NCBI GenBank assembly: GCA_029262315.1 | Contig: JAJCZP010000108.1 | Span: 21,449-85,448, forward strand | Direction: 5' to 3' | Source of the DNA: Deltaproteobacteria bacterium | GTDB taxonomy: Bacteria; Desulfobacterota; Binatia; UTPRO1 | DNA: 64,000 nucleotides | In this document: piece after piece, positions 1-10,167 of the stretch | Layout of the letters: the number at the start of each line of letters is the position of its first letter | How positions within the stretch are numbered: position 1 is the stretch's first letter | Position numbers and translations under genes: made by a program | Notes under the pieces: generated by a model | Databases searched by the model: none | What the model was told of the DNA's origin: nothing | What the model saw: the letters and a program-made list of their open reading frames with translations, nothing else

Positions 1-1
1 C

Positions 2-382
2 ATCGACCGCGAGCACGTGGCGCAGTGGTTCGGGCCCACAGGAGTCACGTGCACGGACGTCGCGATCGATGCTCGCCCAGGCGGTCAGTACCGCATCGCG
101 ATGGCTAATGCGGCCGGAAACCCCGTCGTCGTCCTTGGCCGTTTTCTCGAGCTCGATCCGCCCCGGAAGATTTGCATGACCTGGGCGTGGGAGAGTCAAC
201 CGCAGGCCGAGACGCGCGTCACGGTACGCTTCGATCCAGTCGGAGACGGATCGCTTCTTACCCTGAGGCACGAACAATTCGAGACTGCCTCTGCGAGCCG
301 CGCACACACCGAGGGCTGGGAGAGTTCGTTCGATTGTCTCGCCGCGCACCTCGGCGCAGCGAGCGGGGCCGACGGCGCATGA
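2..382 (+). CDS. SRPBCC/AHSA1-domain protein (5' truncated by window edge)
   Basis: Frame is open from position 2. Motifs QWFGP, D.RPGG.Y, G.FLELDPP.KI.MTW.W, T.VTV.F and H.EGW are typical of AHSA1-like SRPBCC proteins. Confidence 0.85.
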   Translation: MDREHVAQWFGPTGVTCTDVAIDARPGGQYRIAMANAAGNPVVVLGRFLELDPPRKICMTWAWESQPQAETRVTVRFDPVGDGSLLTLRHEQFETASASRAHTEGWESSFDCLAAHLGAASGADGA

Positions 383-996
383 AGCTCTACGAGATCGGGG
401 CGCCGAATCCCCGGCGCGTGCGCATCTTTCTCTCGGAGAAGAACGCCGACATCGAGTGCAGCACGGTCGACGTCATGGCGGGCGAGAACAGGAGCGCGGA
501 TTTCCTCGCGAAGAATTCGCTCGGGCTGCTGCCCGTGCTCGAGTTGGATGATGGTACGTGTATCGCCGAGAGCGTCGCCATCTGTCGGTTCCTCGAAGCG
601 CAGTACCCGGAGCCGCCGTTGCTCGGTGTCGGGCCGCTCCAGCAAGCCATCGTCGAAATGTGGAATCGCCGCGTGGAACTCGGTTTGTTCCGCAGCACGG
701 CTGACTATTTCCAGCACACGATTCCCTTCTTCAAAGAGAGGATCGTGCAGATCCCAGCCTACGCCGAAACCGCGAAGGCGAGCGCGCGGAATCACCTCGA
801 CTGGCTGAACGGTGCCCTCGCCGACCGGAAGTTTCTCGCCGGCGACGACTACACGATCGCCGACATCACGGCCCAGGTCGCCCTCGATCTCGGTACACCC
901 TCGGTGTTCGCCGTGGAGCCACGGCACGAGCACCTGTCGCGCTGGTTCGCGGAGGTTTCAGCCCGCCCAAGCGCGAGCGTGCTCGGAAAGTCGTAG
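379..996 (+). CDS. glutathione S-transferase family protein
   Basis: ATGA overlap with upstream stop. MKLYE..APNPRRVRIFL, LPVLELDDG, ESVAICRFLE, FLAGD.YTIADI. Confidence 0.93.
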   Translation: MKLYEIGAPNPRRVRIFLSEKNADIECSTVDVMAGENRSADFLAKNSLGLLPVLELDDGTCIAESVAICRFLEAQYPEPPLLGVGPLQQAIVEMWNRRVELGLFRSTADYFQHTIPFFKERIVQIPAYAETAKASARNHLDWLNGALADRKFLAGDDYTIADITAQVALDLGTPSVFAVEPRHEHLSRWFAEVSARPSASVLGKS

Positions 997-1343
997 GGTC
1001 GCATCCAACTTGACTCGCCAGCAATACGATCACGGGAATGCTCGAGGTCGAGCTCTTCGATGCCGACGGAAGCGGCACCAGCACGCGCTCGTGCATGATC
1101 CCGCTGTCGTTCCAGCTTGGCGCGATCGACTGCGATCTGCTCGACGACGGCAACGCGAACGGGTCCTGCTCCGTCTGGTAGCCGGACTCGCGGGTTCAGC
1201 CGAGGAAGTCGATGTCACGACCTACGCTGCGTGCCCCCGCGGCGGTTTCCGGCGATCTCATTGGCTCGATCGGAATTCCGAACTCGCGCGCCATGCGTTC
1301 GGAGAAGGCAGCCGGATCCTTGGGGCCCGAACGCATACGGTGT

Positions 1344-2294
1344 TTACCGCGGTGATGGATCTTGCTTGGAATCGCTCGCCACGATGTAGAGCGGGCGACC
1401 TTTTACCTCGTCGAAGATGCGCGTGACGTAGGCACCGAGAATGCCGATAGCGACGAGTTGCACTCCCGCGAGAAACGCGACCGCGACGAAGACCGAGGTC
1501 CAGCCGGCTGGGGCTTGACCGCCCGCGAGTCGGCTGATGAGGGCGAAGCCTACGAGCCCCAGACTGAGCGCCGAGACGGCGAAGCCGAGATAGGTGACGA
1601 GTTGCAGCGGGACGGCGGAGAAGCTCGTCATGCCGTCGAGCGCGAGTTGGATGAGCTTCGTGTACGGATACTTCGTCTGGCCGGCAAAGCGCCCAGCACG
1701 TCGGTAGCGTACCTCGCTGTGTTTGAAGCCAACCCAGCGGACCAGTCCGCGGACGTAGCGGTTCCGCTCCGGGAGCCGGTTCAGGGCATCGGCCACGCGA
1801 CGATCGATCAATCGGAAGTCACCGACGTCTGGTGTGAGGTCGACCGACGACATGCGGCGAATCAGCTGGTAGAAGATCCGGATCAAGGCCAGGCGAATCG
1901 GGCTTTCGCCCTCGCGCACGCTACGGACCGCGGACACGACTTGAGAGCCGGCGCGCCACTCGGCCAGGAGATCGGGAATCACTTCCGGGGGGTCTTGCAG
2001 GTCGGCATCGATGATGACGATCGCGGCGCCCGCGGCATGCTCGATGCCGGCTGTCACCGCGGCCTGATGTCCGAAATTTCTACTGAAGCGGAGCACGCGG
2101 ATCTTGGGATCGGCGTCGGAGGCGGCTAGGAGGATGGCCGGCGACTCGTCGCTCGAGCCGTCATCGACGAAAACTATCTCATGCGCAGGCGCACACTCGG
2201 CCAGTACGGTCGACAGGCGTCGCTGCAGTTCCGGGAGGACAGCGGCCTCGTTGAAGACCGGTACGACGACTGACAGTTCCGGTGTCTCAGCCAT
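1344..2294 (-). CDS. GT2 glycosyltransferase, GtrB/polyprenol-phosphate glycosyltransferase-like
   Basis: LSVVVPVFNE, VDDGSSD, SRNFGHQAA, DADLQDPP, GDFRL and two C-terminal TM helices. Start placed at MAETPEL. Confidence 0.93.
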   Translation of the reverse strand: MAETPELSVVVPVFNEAAVLPELQRRLSTVLAECAPAHEIVFVDDGSSDESPAILLAASDADPKIRVLRFSRNFGHQAAVTAGIEHAAGAAIVIIDADLQDPPEVIPDLLAEWRAGSQVVSAVRSVREGESPIRLALIRIFYQLIRRMSSVDLTPDVGDFRLIDRRVADALNRLPERNRYVRGLVRWVGFKHSEVRYRRAGRFAGQTKYPYTKLIQLALDGMTSFSAVPLQLVTYLGFAVSALSLGLVGFALISRLAGGQAPAGWTSVFVAVAFLAGVQLVAIGILGAYVTRIFDEVKGRPLYIVASDSKQDPSPR

Positions 2295-2299
2295 GTTTC

Positions 2300-3046
2300 T
2301 CAAGTCCGCTCGGCGAGGCAGAGCAGTGAGACCCCGACGGGCAACCGCCAGCGGGTGAGCAGCCGTCCTTCGGCGCCGAACACATGGGTGAGCGTATCGT
2401 TGACGAGGCCGGGTTTGGTCATGGTGAAGTCCGACTTTGGCATCTCGCCGTCGTGCGATTCGCCGCGCAGACGCCGCGCGACACGCACGGCTGCGACGAT
2501 CGGAAACAGCAGCGAATTGAAGTAGCTGAGCGTGACGATGCGGAGCCCGACGCCCTCCACGCTGCGTTGCAGTTGGCCGAGGCGGTAGCGGCGCTTGTGG
2601 TGGCTGACGACGTCCTGATTCCCCCAGAGGAGTTGGAAGGCGGGCACCGTGAGGAGTACGTGACCCCCGGGTTTGCACACCCGGGCCAACTCGGCGAGCG
2701 CGCCCTGTTCGTCGTCCACATGCTCCACGATATCGAACGCGGTCACCAGGTCGAGGGTGCCGTCAGCGAGGGGCACTTTCGTGATGTCGCCGAGCAGCAT
2801 CGGGCGGTCGCAGCGTGTGCGCGCGAAGCGAATCGCCTCCGCCGACATGTCCATGCCGATGACCGCGCCATAGCGAGCGAGGAACGTCAGCATTGCCCCC
2901 GTGCCAAAGCCGATGTCGAGAATGCGCATCGGCTCGTCACGCGCCGCCATCGGGGCCAGCACCCGCTCGAAGATCTTCCGGCGCCCACGGAACCACCAAT
3001 GGGTGTCCTCGATGACGGCGTATTCAGCGAAGAAGTCCTGATCCAT
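2300..3046 (-). CDS. class I SAM-dependent methyltransferase
   Basis: EDTHWWF, ILDIGFGTG, DIVEHVDD, TVPA..LW..D..SHH.RRY. Confidence 0.9.
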   Translation of the reverse strand: MDQDFFAEYAVIEDTHWWFRGRRKIFERVLAPMAARDEPMRILDIGFGTGAMLTFLARYGAVIGMDMSAEAIRFARTRCDRPMLLGDITKVPLADGTLDLVTAFDIVEHVDDEQGALAELARVCKPGGHVLLTVPAFQLLWGNQDVVSHHKRRYRLGQLQRSVEGVGLRIVTLSYFNSLLFPIVAAVRVARRLRGESHDGEMPKSDFTMTKPGLVNDTLTHVFGAEGRLLTRWRLPVGVSLLCLAERT

Positions 3047-3060
3047 GGTGTCGTGTGGTG

Positions 3061-4299
3061 CTACTGCGTTGCGCGATCCATTACTGTATCGGATGCCGCG
3101 TCGACGAGTTCGATCGTGCGCTCCTCCGCGATTTCGAACTGCTCCTTGGCATCGTAGATGATTGTCTCGAGGCGCCCGCGGAAGAGATTGCGAACCGAAT
3201 CCGGCATCTTGTCCATCGGGAACTTCTCGACAAGGACGCGCACGCGGGTATCGTCCGGCCACTCGAAACGGGTGATCTTGAGCCCTAGGATGGGATGGGC
3301 GCGGAGCCCCTGCTCCACTGCGGCGCGGTAGTTCTCGGCTGCTGCGTTCGGTGCGCCGTCAGTCGCGGCGGCTGGCGCCCCACCCGGTCCTCCGCCGGGC
3401 GCTCCACCTGGCGTTCCGGCGGGCGGGCTCCCTGGTTGTGCGCCCGGGGCGCGGTTCTCCAACTCCTCGACCACGCGGTCGATGCGCACTCGGGTTTTGT
3501 CGTCCGTGGCGAGTTCTCGCGCTTTGCCGATTGCTGCGAGTGCCTGCTCGCGATCGCCCTTGGCCTCGTAGGCTAGGCCGAGGTTGAACTGTGCCTGCAA
3601 GAAATCGGGGCGGGCGGCGATGATGTCCTTGTACGCGGCAATCGCGCGGTCGATTTCCTGACGATAGAGATACGTCGTCGCGAGATCGGTGCGCACGTTC
3701 GTGTCGTCGGGTCGAAGCTCGAGGTAGCGCTCGTACTGGGCTGAGGCTTCCGCGTACAGCTTCTGATCGTAGAAGACGTTGGCCAGGGCACGAATCGTGT
3801 CGGCGTCGTCGGGCCTGAGATTCAGCACGTGGCGGAACGATTCCGCCGCGCGCACGCCGTACGAGGGATCGAGCGCCGCGGCACGTGCTTGCACTTGGGC
3901 GAGATTCGTCCACGCGGCTGGATCGGACGGCGCGGCTTCAGCCTTGGCCGTCAGTTGCTCGAGAAACTGTTTCGCCTCGTCGGTGAGGCCGACAGGCGGG
4001 TGGTCGGACGGCATACTCCCGTCGCCAGCGCCCGCAGGGGGTCCGGGTGGTCGGGGTGCTGTCGCCGACCTGGGTCCTGTATCTTGGAGCACGCCGATCC
4101 AGAGGACGAGTCCCGCAACCAGAAACGTCGTCAGCACGGCCAATCCGGGCAGCTGCTCGCGCCACGAACGCGGGACCGTGTCGCTCGGAGTGCTCGATGC
4201 GCCGACGGCCGTGCCGCAGGCGGAGCAAAAACGCGCTCCTGTGCCGAGGGCCGCGCCGCACTTGGAGCAGAACTTCGCGGTTGTGGGTTCGCTGGTCAT
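3061..4299 (-). CDS. zinc-ribbon / TM / TPR protein
   Basis: CSKC..CSAC ribbon, one TM helix, MPSDHPPV motif, several TPR repeats, Gly/Pro linker. ATGA overlap with upstream gene. Confidence 0.8.
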   Translation of the reverse strand: MTSEPTTAKFCSKCGAALGTGARFCSACGTAVGASSTPSDTVPRSWREQLPGLAVLTTFLVAGLVLWIGVLQDTGPRSATAPRPPGPPAGAGDGSMPSDHPPVGLTDEAKQFLEQLTAKAEAAPSDPAAWTNLAQVQARAAALDPSYGVRAAESFRHVLNLRPDDADTIRALANVFYDQKLYAEASAQYERYLELRPDDTNVRTDLATTYLYRQEIDRAIAAYKDIIAARPDFLQAQFNLGLAYEAKGDREQALAAIGKARELATDDKTRVRIDRVVEELENRAPGAQPGSPPAGTPGGAPGGGPGGAPAAATDGAPNAAAENYRAAVEQGLRAHPILGLKITRFEWPDDTRVRVLVEKFPMDKMPDSVRNLFRGRLETIIYDAKEQFEIAEERTIELVDAASDTVMDRATQ

Positions 4300-5282
4300 T
4301 TGTAGGCCACCACCAAACTGGACGCGAGCCCAGGCGGGAGCGCGTCGACTTCTACGCGTTCGAAGCCAGCCTCGACGAGCCAATCGCGAACTTCCGGGAA
4401 GCTGTAATCGCGTCCGCGCGTGAAGAGCAACATGGTGATGCTGAAGATCGCGGCCACGGCCGGACTGGTCCCGGACTCGTCGGTGATATGGTCCTTGATC
4501 AAGATGCGTCCCCCCGGGTTAAGTGCGTCGAAAACGCGCCGCATGAGGGCACGGTTGGTGGCGTCGTCCTCGCCATGGATCACGTTCGACAGCAAAGCGA
4601 CGTCGCAGTTCGATGGTAGCGGATCGCGCCGATAGTCGCACGGCACGAGGGTGATGCGATCTTCGAGCCCGCTGGCGGCCACGTACCGCTGCGTGACTGC
4701 GAGGGTGCCCGGTAGGTCCGCGATCGTCGCTTTCAGGTTGGGGTGGCGCCGGCAAAGCTCGATCGGGTACGTCCCCGGTCCCGAGCCGACGTCGAGGATG
4801 TGTGTGGCCCCAGCGAGGTCGAGATGTTCGGCCAGAATACTCGCATCGCCGCGCGCGCGTACGAGGCTGTCCATGGCGCCGATGAATCGAGCAGTGTCGT
4901 CCGTATTCGACTGAAATGCGTCAGGTTCGCGTGCCGGAGTGCCTCTGCGTATGGTGTCGGGCAAACGGTCCCACAACGGCCACAACGCGGAATCGAAGCG
5001 CACCATGTTGGCGTACGACGTCGGGGCCTCGCTCGTGAGCATCGTTCGCGAAACGTCGGTCTCGCGAAATGTGTCACGACTCTTACGGACCAGGCGCATC
5101 GCGACTAGCGCGTTCAGCAGTAGTTCGGTGGCGCCGGAGTCGGTGTCGAGTCGCGTGGCGAGCTCGGGAGCGGTATGGCCGGATGCGTCGAGCGCGTCGA
5201 AGATCCCGAGTTCCACGGCAGTGTGTAGAATTCGGGCCTCGGCGTAGCCGCCGTTGATGCGCGCAAGCTCGCGAAATTCCAT
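4296..5282 (-). CDS. O-methyltransferase (dimerisation + Methyltransf_2 domains)
   Basis: AVELGIFD.L, LDVGSGPG, DLP, SNVIH, LNPGG. Alternative start at 5315. Confidence 0.9.
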   Translation of the reverse strand: MEFRELARINGGYAEARILHTAVELGIFDALDASGHTAPELATRLDTDSGATELLLNALVAMRLVRKSRDTFRETDVSRTMLTSEAPTSYANMVRFDSALWPLWDRLPDTIRRGTPAREPDAFQSNTDDTARFIGAMDSLVRARGDASILAEHLDLAGATHILDVGSGPGTYPIELCRRHPNLKATIADLPGTLAVTQRYVAASGLEDRITLVPCDYRRDPLPSNCDVALLSNVIHGEDDATNRALMRRVFDALNPGGRILIKDHITDESGTSPAVAAIFSITMLLFTRGRDYSFPEVRDWLVEAGFERVEVDALPPGLASSLVVAYK

Positions 5283-5470
5283 CCAAAGGGTACTTATCAA
5301 CTCGTTTTGGGGCACGCCAGGCTGCTTCCCGCGGCGTGGTGTCGGATCCTTGACACACGACCGAGCTGGGCAGGGCGATTTCGTGGCTAGACGGTCCGCG
5401 ATGCCTGCCTGACAATTCGCGTACGTACCTGAGGCGCCGCAATCCGGTTCGCGGTAGGGGAGGAGAAGTC

Positions 5471-6751
5471 ATGGACCACATGCTCCGCATTGCGAGCATC
5501 GTGATGCTGTTTGGGCTCGCCCCCGGAGTCCACGCGGATGTCGTTCCAGGCGACACCGTCGATGCGCGCAACATCGAGAAGGTCGCTGATCTCGTGTCAC
5601 CGGCCATCAAGTGGTGCGTGCGCAACGGCATGACGATGAAGATCATCGAGCCGAAGCGCATCACCTGGCCGCAGGCCTACGTTGCCGCCACCGAGAAGTA
5701 CGCGGGGCAGGTCAGTCTTTCCGAGAACGGCCTGGCGCTCGAGAATCACGTCGCCGGCGCGCCGTTCCCGAACATCGATACCAAAGACCCCGCAGCGGCC
5801 GTCAAGATCATGTGGAACTATGAGTATCGTCCGTTCCCTGGCACGGACGATTTCGTCGAATACGACTTCCCGGCAGATACGGGTGCCGTCGGTCAGGGAA
5901 AGCCGATGGACGTCGAGCGTCGCTATTGGATCGGTGAGTCGCGGCGCCTGTACTACAACGCGCGTTTGCGCATCGATCCGAAGCCCGAGCTTCCCAACCC
6001 CGACGGCATTCGATTCAAAGAAGTGCTCGGCCCGTTGGTCGCACCCTTCGACCTCAAGGGCATCGGCGCGCTCTCGTATCGGTACATCGATGCGGAGAAA
6101 CAGGACGACACGTGGCTGTACGTGCCCACGCTCCGCCGGGTACGTCGGCTATCGACCGCGCAGCGTTCCGACGCGTTGTTCGGCCAGGACACCGATCCGG
6201 ATTCCTACTGGGGCTACAACGGGCACATCGCCTGGTCCGACTGGAAGTTTCTTGGTGAGAGGGAGATGCTCGGTGTGTTGCACGGCGAGCACTACCCGAT
6301 GCAGCGGTGTCCCGGCGCGGCGAACTTCCTCTTCTGTGACGCCTGGGAGAAACGCACGATGTATGTGATCGAGGGCGTGTCCAAGCTGCCGCAGTACGCG
6401 TATGGCAAGCGTGTGATCTTCATTGACAAAGAGTCGATGGTCGTGTCGTATTCGGACATCTACGATCGCAACCACGAGCTCTGGAAGGTGTGGATCGACA
6501 ACCACCAGTTCAAGCGCTCGGCGTTTCCCGGGGCGACCGTGTATGAGGAAGAGAAGGACTTCTACGCAGGATTGGCGATGGTAGACATGCAGCTCCTGCA
6601 CGCCACTTACGTGCCGCATCCCGGCCCCAAGCCCGCTCGACACGAGGGGTGGTACTTCGATTCTGGCGCGGGCTCTGCGACACAATACAAGCCGTCGGGT
6701 GGGATGCCCGCGTCGTTCAGCGTCGCCAAACTCATCGAGCAAGGGCGGTAA
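5471..6751 (+). CDS. DUF1329 domain exported protein
   Basis: GGAG SD, signal peptide, AGAPFP.ID, KIMWN, DDTWLYVPTLRRVRRL, Y.KRVIFIDKE, ELWK. Confidence 0.88.
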   Translation: MDHMLRIASIVMLFGLAPGVHADVVPGDTVDARNIEKVADLVSPAIKWCVRNGMTMKIIEPKRITWPQAYVAATEKYAGQVSLSENGLALENHVAGAPFPNIDTKDPAAAVKIMWNYEYRPFPGTDDFVEYDFPADTGAVGQGKPMDVERRYWIGESRRLYYNARLRIDPKPELPNPDGIRFKEVLGPLVAPFDLKGIGALSYRYIDAEKQDDTWLYVPTLRRVRRLSTAQRSDALFGQDTDPDSYWGYNGHIAWSDWKFLGEREMLGVLHGEHYPMQRCPGAANFLFCDAWEKRTMYVIEGVSKLPQYAYGKRVIFIDKESMVVSYSDIYDRNHELWKVWIDNHQFKRSAFPGATVYEEEKDFYAGLAMVDMQLLHATYVPHPGPKPARHEGWYFDSGAGSATQYKPSGGMPASFSVAKLIEQGR

Positions 6752-6753
6752 GC

Positions 6754-7515
6754 GTGGCCGAGCCCCTCGTTCTGTATGAGCGGCGGGGTGCCGCGGCGCT
6801 CATGACGATCAATCGTCCCGAGGTGCGAAACTGCGTCAACGGCGATACCGCGCGCGGACTGCTTGAAAGCTATCGACAGTTCGAGAGCGATGCGGATGCG
6901 AAGGTGCTCGTGCTCACGGGTGCGGGCGAGCAGGCATTTTGTGCGGGCGCCGACCTCAAAGCCGTCGAGACGTTGAAAGACCGCGCCGAGGGGCCGCTCG
7001 GCATTTCACGCCTCATTCCGTCGAAGCCGACGATCGCCGCCGTCTCGGGGTACTGCGTGGCAGGTGGGATCGAGCTCGCGCTCTGGTGTGATCTCCGGAT
7101 CGTCGCGCGTGGGGCGACTTTCGGCTGCTTCGAGCGTCGCTTCGGCGTCCCCCTCGTCGATGGTGGCACGCAGCGCTTGCCGCGCGTCGTCGGTCTCGGG
7201 CGTGCCCTCGAGATGATCCTCACCGGACGTCCCGTCGATGCCGAGGAAGCTCATCACATCGGTCTCGCCAACGAGGTTGTCGAGCCCGGCACGCACGTCA
7301 CACGTGCGCTCGAACTCGCGGAGACCCTGGCGCGCTTTCCATGGCCGACGCTTCTGTCCGATCGCGCCGCGGTTTACGAGGGTCTCGGCGCCTCGCTCGA
7401 GCATGGCCTCACCATCGAGGCCCGCCACGGTCGTGCGGTTTTCGACGAAGCGAGTCGTGGTGCGGCGCGCTTTACCGGCGGCGAAGGCCGCTCCGGCGCC
7501 GGCGTCAAGCGCTGA
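6754..7515 (+). CDS. enoyl-CoA hydratase/isomerase (crotonase) family
   Basis: INRPEVRN, AFCAGADL, KPTIAAV.G..VAGG.EL, ALEMILTGR. GTG start 2 nt after the upstream stop. Confidence 0.92.
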   Translation: MAEPLVLYERRGAAALMTINRPEVRNCVNGDTARGLLESYRQFESDADAKVLVLTGAGEQAFCAGADLKAVETLKDRAEGPLGISRLIPSKPTIAAVSGYCVAGGIELALWCDLRIVARGATFGCFERRFGVPLVDGGTQRLPRVVGLGRALEMILTGRPVDAEEAHHIGLANEVVEPGTHVTRALELAETLARFPWPTLLSDRAAVYEGLGASLEHGLTIEARHGRAVFDEASRGAARFTGGEGRSGAGVKR

Positions 7516-7564
7516 ATCCTCCCGTCGACGCCGGGTCCCGTGACCCGCGCCCATCTGTGACTGA

Positions 7565-7580
7565 TTCCGAGTCTTGAGAA
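7565..7580. promoter_or_regulatory. palindromic operator TTCCGA-N4-TGAGAA
   Basis: Member of the recurring TTCNCA-N4-TGNGAA motif, ~40 bp upstream of a sigma-54 match. Confidence 0.6.
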
Positions 7581-7620
7581 TACGAAGTCTCAATGGCCCC
7601 GAACGTGGGTTGCGACGAGT

Positions 7621-7636
7621 GGGCACGTCGTTTGCT
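7621..7636 (+). promoter_or_regulatory. sigma-54 -24/-12 promoter (GGGCACG-TCGT-TTGCT)
   Basis: Near-perfect match to TGGCACG-N4-TTGCW, 29 nt before the CBS gene ATG. Confidence 0.75.
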
Positions 7637-7664
7637 GTTGTCCTAGCAGGAACGGGAGACGCCA

Positions 7665-8162
7665 ATGGACGACGCAATCCGCACCGCACGCGACGTGATG
7701 CAAACCAACTTGCTGACAATCTCGGCCGACGCGTCGCTCGTCGAGCTAGAACGGTTTCTGCTCCAACATCAGGTGGGAGGTGCTCCCGTCGTTGACGACC
7801 AGCAGCTCGTTGGGGTCGTCTCGCGCTCGGACATCGTCCGCCAGCTCGATCTCGATCGGGGTCTCGCGGACATCCTGGTGGACTATCAACACGATGGCGC
7901 ACTGCACGCGCCGCGCGCCGCGCTCCGTGAGGACGAATGGATCACGAGCGCCGCAACCGACCACTTCCGTGGCCTGCGGGTGCGCGATGTCATGATCCGG
8001 GACGTGATCACGGCGAGCCCAGATGCGTCCGTGCAGCAGGTCACGCGCACGATGCTCGACAATGGCGTGCATCGTGTCCTCATCACCGAAGATGAATTCC
8101 TCGTTGGCATCGTGACCAGCACCGACCTGATGCGCCTCGTCGTCGAGTACACATCCCGATAG
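7665..8162 (+). CDS. CBS-domain pair protein
   Basis: ARDVMQ..., GAPVVD..LVGVVSRSD, VRDVM, HRVLI..LVGIVTSTD. Confidence 0.92.
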   Translation: MDDAIRTARDVMQTNLLTISADASLVELERFLLQHQVGGAPVVDDQQLVGVVSRSDIVRQLDLDRGLADILVDYQHDGALHAPRAALREDEWITSAATDHFRGLRVRDVMIRDVITASPDASVQQVTRTMLDNGVHRVLITEDEFLVGIVTSTDLMRLVVEYTSR

Positions 8163-8220
8163 CGGGTTGCTGCCCGCCGTCGGTCTCGTCGACGCGATCG
8201 GGGGACGTCGTGTGTACGCC

Positions 8221-10167
8221 TCAGCCGGCGGAGAATGCGAGCTGCACGGCAACCCACCCGAGATGGGCGTCGTAGTCGCGGCCATCGTACAGCCCCTGGT
8301 CGAAGCTGAGGTATGCGTAGCCGCCGGTAAAGCTCAGGCGGTCGTTGACCCGATAGCCGCCGTCGAGGAACAGCCGGTGCGTCAGGTTGTCGAGCGAGCC
8401 GCCCGCGTCGACCAGCGTATAGCGTCCGCCGAGCGTCGTCTGGTCGTTCACGCGATATCGTGCCGCCAGCGCCGTGCTCAACGACCGTCCGCGAAACTCG
8501 ATCGGTGCAAAGGCGCCCAGATCGCGCCGTGGCGTGCCGACCTCGTACTTCCGGTTCACGAACGAGAGCATGCTGGTCACGACCAGGCCCGGTGCGGGGA
8601 CGGTCACGGCACGCAACTGGCCAATCTGCACATTCACGGAGGTCGTGGAATCCCCACCAATGTCCGTCCGCTCGTAGTCCTCGTGCGCGAACTCGCCGCG
8701 CGCTTCGAAAGTCGTGATTCGGCCCCATCGATACCGTCCCCCGAGGAATCCGGTGTGGGTCTCGCGGTGTCGATCCCCCAACGTATACTCGTTCAGGAGT
8801 TCGTCACGGTCCTCGTCGATGTCCTCGCGGCGGTACCGGTACCCGGCCTTGACGAGCAGCGAGCGGTCGGCCCGGATACGCGCCTCGAGCAACAACCGGT
8901 GCACGTCGCGCTTCTGGTCCGTTTCCTGAATTCGATCGATCCCGCTCAGGGGATCGGTGGCAGCCCCGAGCATCGACACGTCGAGATCACGATGTGCGTG
9001 TTCGTACCGATACATCCCGCGAAGCCGGGTCCGCGTCAGGCCCGTATAGCTCACATCCAGACGTGCGCGCTGCCGAGTCAGTTGCTTGTCCGTATCGCTC
9101 TCGACCACGCTCGTTCCACGCCGCCTCGTTTCCGACCCGTCGCCATCGCGATGCTGATCGACGATGGTATAGGTCGTACGAACGCGCAGGTGGCGCGCTG
9201 GTGAGAACGCCAGGCCGCTGTGACCGGCGTGGCTCTGTTGCGTCACGGAGATGCCGTTTGCCGTCCGCTCGAGGACGGAATCTGACTGCTGCGACGCATC
9301 GGCGTCCGCGTCCACCCAATAGTACCGGTAGCCCGCATGTCCGAGCACGTTCCACGTCGTCGGGGTGGCGATGTCGGCCCCCGCGTGCACCGTGGTCGTG
9401 TCGATATCGTCCGTGAAGCGCACGGCCTCCTGCGTCAGGTCGGTACGTACGTTCGTTTGATGCGTGGTGCTGCGACTCGACGCGTCGGTCCAGCCGGCCA
9501 GCAATCGCACATCAAACGGACCGGCCGGAAACACCCCCTCGAAATCGAGGGTATCGGAGCGAGTGTCGATGGCCTGGAACGCCGGAAACCGGAAGGCATA
9601 CGGACTCAAGCTCTCGACGACCGAGGCCTTGAGCAGATTTTCGTCGCCGTCGCTCGCGCGATGCGCGTAGGTGAGGCGCAGGTTGCTACGGGGGCCGAGT
9701 CGCACATCCGCGGCCACATCGGCGTTCGTCCGCACCAGCTCGAACTCCCGCCCCAGCTGCCCGGGCGCCGCTCTGCCAGCACCCGGACGGCGCAGATGAT
9801 CGTCGAAGAAGCTTTGCGAACGGCTGAACGCGCCCGTCAGGGTGTAGAGGCCCCGGCGGCCCCCACGCACATGGATCGTGGCGCCGCCGACGCCGCGGGC
9901 ATCCTCGATACCTTGGATGCTCGCGGCACCCTCGAAGTAGTTGCCACGCTCGTCGTGCCCGTCGAAACGGGTTTCGGCGCCGCCCCCGCTGCCGAGGGTG
10001 TCGTAGTCCTCACGGAATGCGCCCTCGCTCCCATCGACGCCGGTACCGCGCCCGACGGCGCGCCCGGTCATACTCATCGTCCACGTCGACCCATCCGTCC
10101 CGTCGGGCTCCGCGACCACGGAAGCTGGAAGCCCGAGCACCAGGACGACGAGCAGGATCCACATCAT
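8221..10167 (-). CDS. outer-membrane beta-barrel, MtrB/PioB-like porin partner of decaheme cytochrome
   Basis: Signal peptide MMWILLVVLVLGLPASVVA, ~648 aa, alternating amphipathic strands (GYRY, YTIVD, GYAY), near-terminal Phe. ATGA-coupled to the decaheme gene. Confidence 0.78.
   Translation of the reverse strand: MMWILLVVLVLGLPASVVAEPDGTDGSTWTMSMTGRAVGRGTGVDGSEGAFREDYDTLGSGGGAETRFDGHDERGNYFEGAASIQGIEDARGVGGATIHVRGGRRGLYTLTGAFSRSQSFFDDHLRRPGAGRAAPGQLGREFELVRTNADVAADVRLGPRSNLRLTYAHRASDGDENLLKASVVESLSPYAFRFPAFQAIDTRSDTLDFEGVFPAGPFDVRLLAGWTDASSRSTTHQTNVRTDLTQEAVRFTDDIDTTTVHAGADIATPTTWNVLGHAGYRYYWVDADADASQQSDSVLERTANGISVTQQSHAGHSGLAFSPARHLRVRTTYTIVDQHRDGDGSETRRRGTSVVESDTDKQLTRQRARLDVSYTGLTRTRLRGMYRYEHAHRDLDVSMLGAATDPLSGIDRIQETDQKRDVHRLLLEARIRADRSLLVKAGYRYRREDIDEDRDELLNEYTLGDRHRETHTGFLGGRYRWGRITTFEARGEFAHEDYERTDIGGDSTTSVNVQIGQLRAVTVPAPGLVVTSMLSFVNRKYEVGTPRRDLGAFAPIEFRGRSLSTALAARYRVNDQTTLGGRYTLVDAGGSLDNLTHRLFLDGGYRVNDRLSFTGGYAYLSFDQGLYDGRDYDAHLGWVAVQLAFSAG

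Noticed and set aside
3330-3450. Repetitive GGAPGGGPGGAP-coding stretch
   Set aside because: It is a low-complexity protein linker, not a DNA repeat element.
7574-7593. Perfect inverted repeat TTGAGA-N8-TCTCAA
   Set aside because: It overlaps the right half of the recurring palindrome and was not seen elsewhere, so it is not treated as a separate site.
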